Of a DNA stretch of 64,000 nt, positions 62,701-64,000 are shown one piece after another. Where the stretch lies: contig JAYWIR010000008.1 in the NCBI GenBank assembly GCA_036172245.1, forward strand, positions 2,046,001-2,110,000, read 5' to 3'. The number at the start of each line of letters is the position of its first letter. The first letter of the stretch is position 1. The stretch is from Raillietiella orientalis (lineage: Eukaryota). The position numbers and the translations under genes are program-made. The notes under the pieces are model-generated. The model had not been told where the DNA came from, did not search any database, and saw only the letters and a program-made list of their open reading frames with translations.

Positions 62701-63825
62701 AGGCGAAGGACGGCTCAAGGAGCGCTTGGTCAAGAAAGAGAAGGCTCTACCTCGGCCACCGACATTTCGAACCGCAGCACCTCCGCCATCTTTAGGGCAG
62801 CCCGCGCCCGTGGGGCTCCCAGCAGCACGGCGACGTCCGTCATGAAGGTCAGGTACGCCTCTCGGAACTGTGAGTGGCGCTCCTTCAGAAAGTAGTCGCT
62901 GGGCATGGAGAGGGACGCGTGGTCGATCTGGGAAGGGGTGAGGGGGAGGGCAGAGCACACCTGGCGTGACCCACCTCGATGATGTGGTGCAGGGAGTCGA
63001 GGCTGTCCGGTCCCACGCTGACCGCGATGAGGACGTCCTGGTTGAAGAGCCGCAGGCGGACCATCATCTCCATCCAGTCGAAGGCCCTTTCCTCCCAGTG
63101 CGGCTGGAGCACCGGCCAGCCACCGAGGTCCTGCAGCAGCGCCAGGAGCGGGGTCGGGCCTCTGAGCATCAAGACGTCTGCCGGAAGAACCGCACAGGCA
63201 AGTCAGGGAAGGAGTAGGTCCCTTGTTCTCCCCCCGCGACCTCCCCAGGGAACGTGCCTTCCCGCATGCACGAGGAGTACAGGGTGAGGAGCTTCCTGCG
63301 CGCGTTCCAGGCGCTTTCCTCCTGGTCGGACGTGAGGGAGCCGGAAGGAGACGGCCCCCAGCGGAAGACCGAGTCCAGCAGCACCCTGGAGACGTCCTCC
63401 GCTAAGGGACGCGCAGGCGAACTCTTCTCCATCATCCCGTGCAGCTTGTCGTCGATGTCGTCGCGCAGCTTGGAGAAGGCGTCGTACACGACCTTGTCAG
63501 ATGGGATGGGGTGGCGGCGCTCCCAGTTGCCGCAGGCGTACTGGAAAAAGTCGACGCAAGGGTCGGCGCCGGGGTCGAGGTAGCTGCTCATGAGGCGGGC
63601 CTGCGAATCGCACACGTCCGCGGCGGCTGGAGGAGACCGGAGGCAGGCGCACCGCCCGACGAGCGTCAGGGAGAGCGACGCCAGGGCCCAAGTCCACGTG
63701 ACCCGTGGGGAACGCCCTGCCCAAACCGCATGGGCGGCAGAGCGTACAGGAGGAGTCTGCCCTTGGAGAATCTCGCGTGGCCGCCGCCGTAGCGCCTGCG
63801 AGGGAAGTCCCGGTGAGGTGGGCAT
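56785..63825 (-). CDS. Neprilysin-family (peptidase M13) zinc metalloendopeptidase; 5' end uncertain
   Basis: Exons: (63825 ATG, or acceptor 63795 or 63626)-63258, 63177-62975, 62927-62751, 62043-61835, 61491-61266, 61121-60945, 60275-60113, 60053-59844, 58607-58501, 58444-58263, 56884-56785. Phases are all consistent. Motifs [98 protein letters not shown]. Confidence 0.95.
58912..59240. repeat. Degenerate (GGT/GAT)n trinucleotide tract inside a neprilysin intron
   Basis: About 330 nt of gatggtggtggtggtgacgatggcagtggtaatggtg.. seen directly. Confidence 0.9.
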
Positions 63826-64000
63826 GAGGAGTGGTCGCAGGAGCTCCTTTTCGGGAGACGCTCCCCCTCTCCCGATGCGCTCGGGAGAAGCCGGAGAAAG
63901 GCGAATGGCAGGAGGCTACGCGGGGAAGGAAACAGGCACCGCGGGAACGGCAACCGGAAAAAGCAAGATGGCAGCGGCGCGCGCGCGCGCTAACGAAGGC

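Overview
Eukaryotic (arthropod-type, probably crustacean, by inference) genomic DNA rather than prokaryotic. Three intron-containing genes can be rebuilt by hand, all on the minus strand. (1) A secreted arthropod CUB/CUB_2-domain protein, 6 exons, 9534 to beyond the left edge. (2) ZFAND1, 3 exons, 54088-52978. (3) An M13 neprilysin-family peptidase, 11 exons visible, ~63825-56785, with intact catalytic motifs. Most remaining DNA, including the large introns, is decayed transposons: CR1/Jockey/I-type and RTE-type LINE fragments, a Ty3/Gypsy pol remnant and a Chapaev-like transposase remnant. There are also about seven pieces of one tRNA-headed SINE family. The most unusual signals are: three of ten neprilysin introns only work with non-canonical GC donors; the SINE has a doubled B-box head and an internal ~39-41 bp array of UUCG-type hairpins; a disrupted ~448-codon Pro-rich orphan frame sits between a (TA)n and an AATAAA plus TG-rich tract; and there is a Gly-Pro-X minisatellite. 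TE assignments rest on degraded motifs read by eye and are of moderate confidence only. Nearly all ORFs in the supplied track are spurious.
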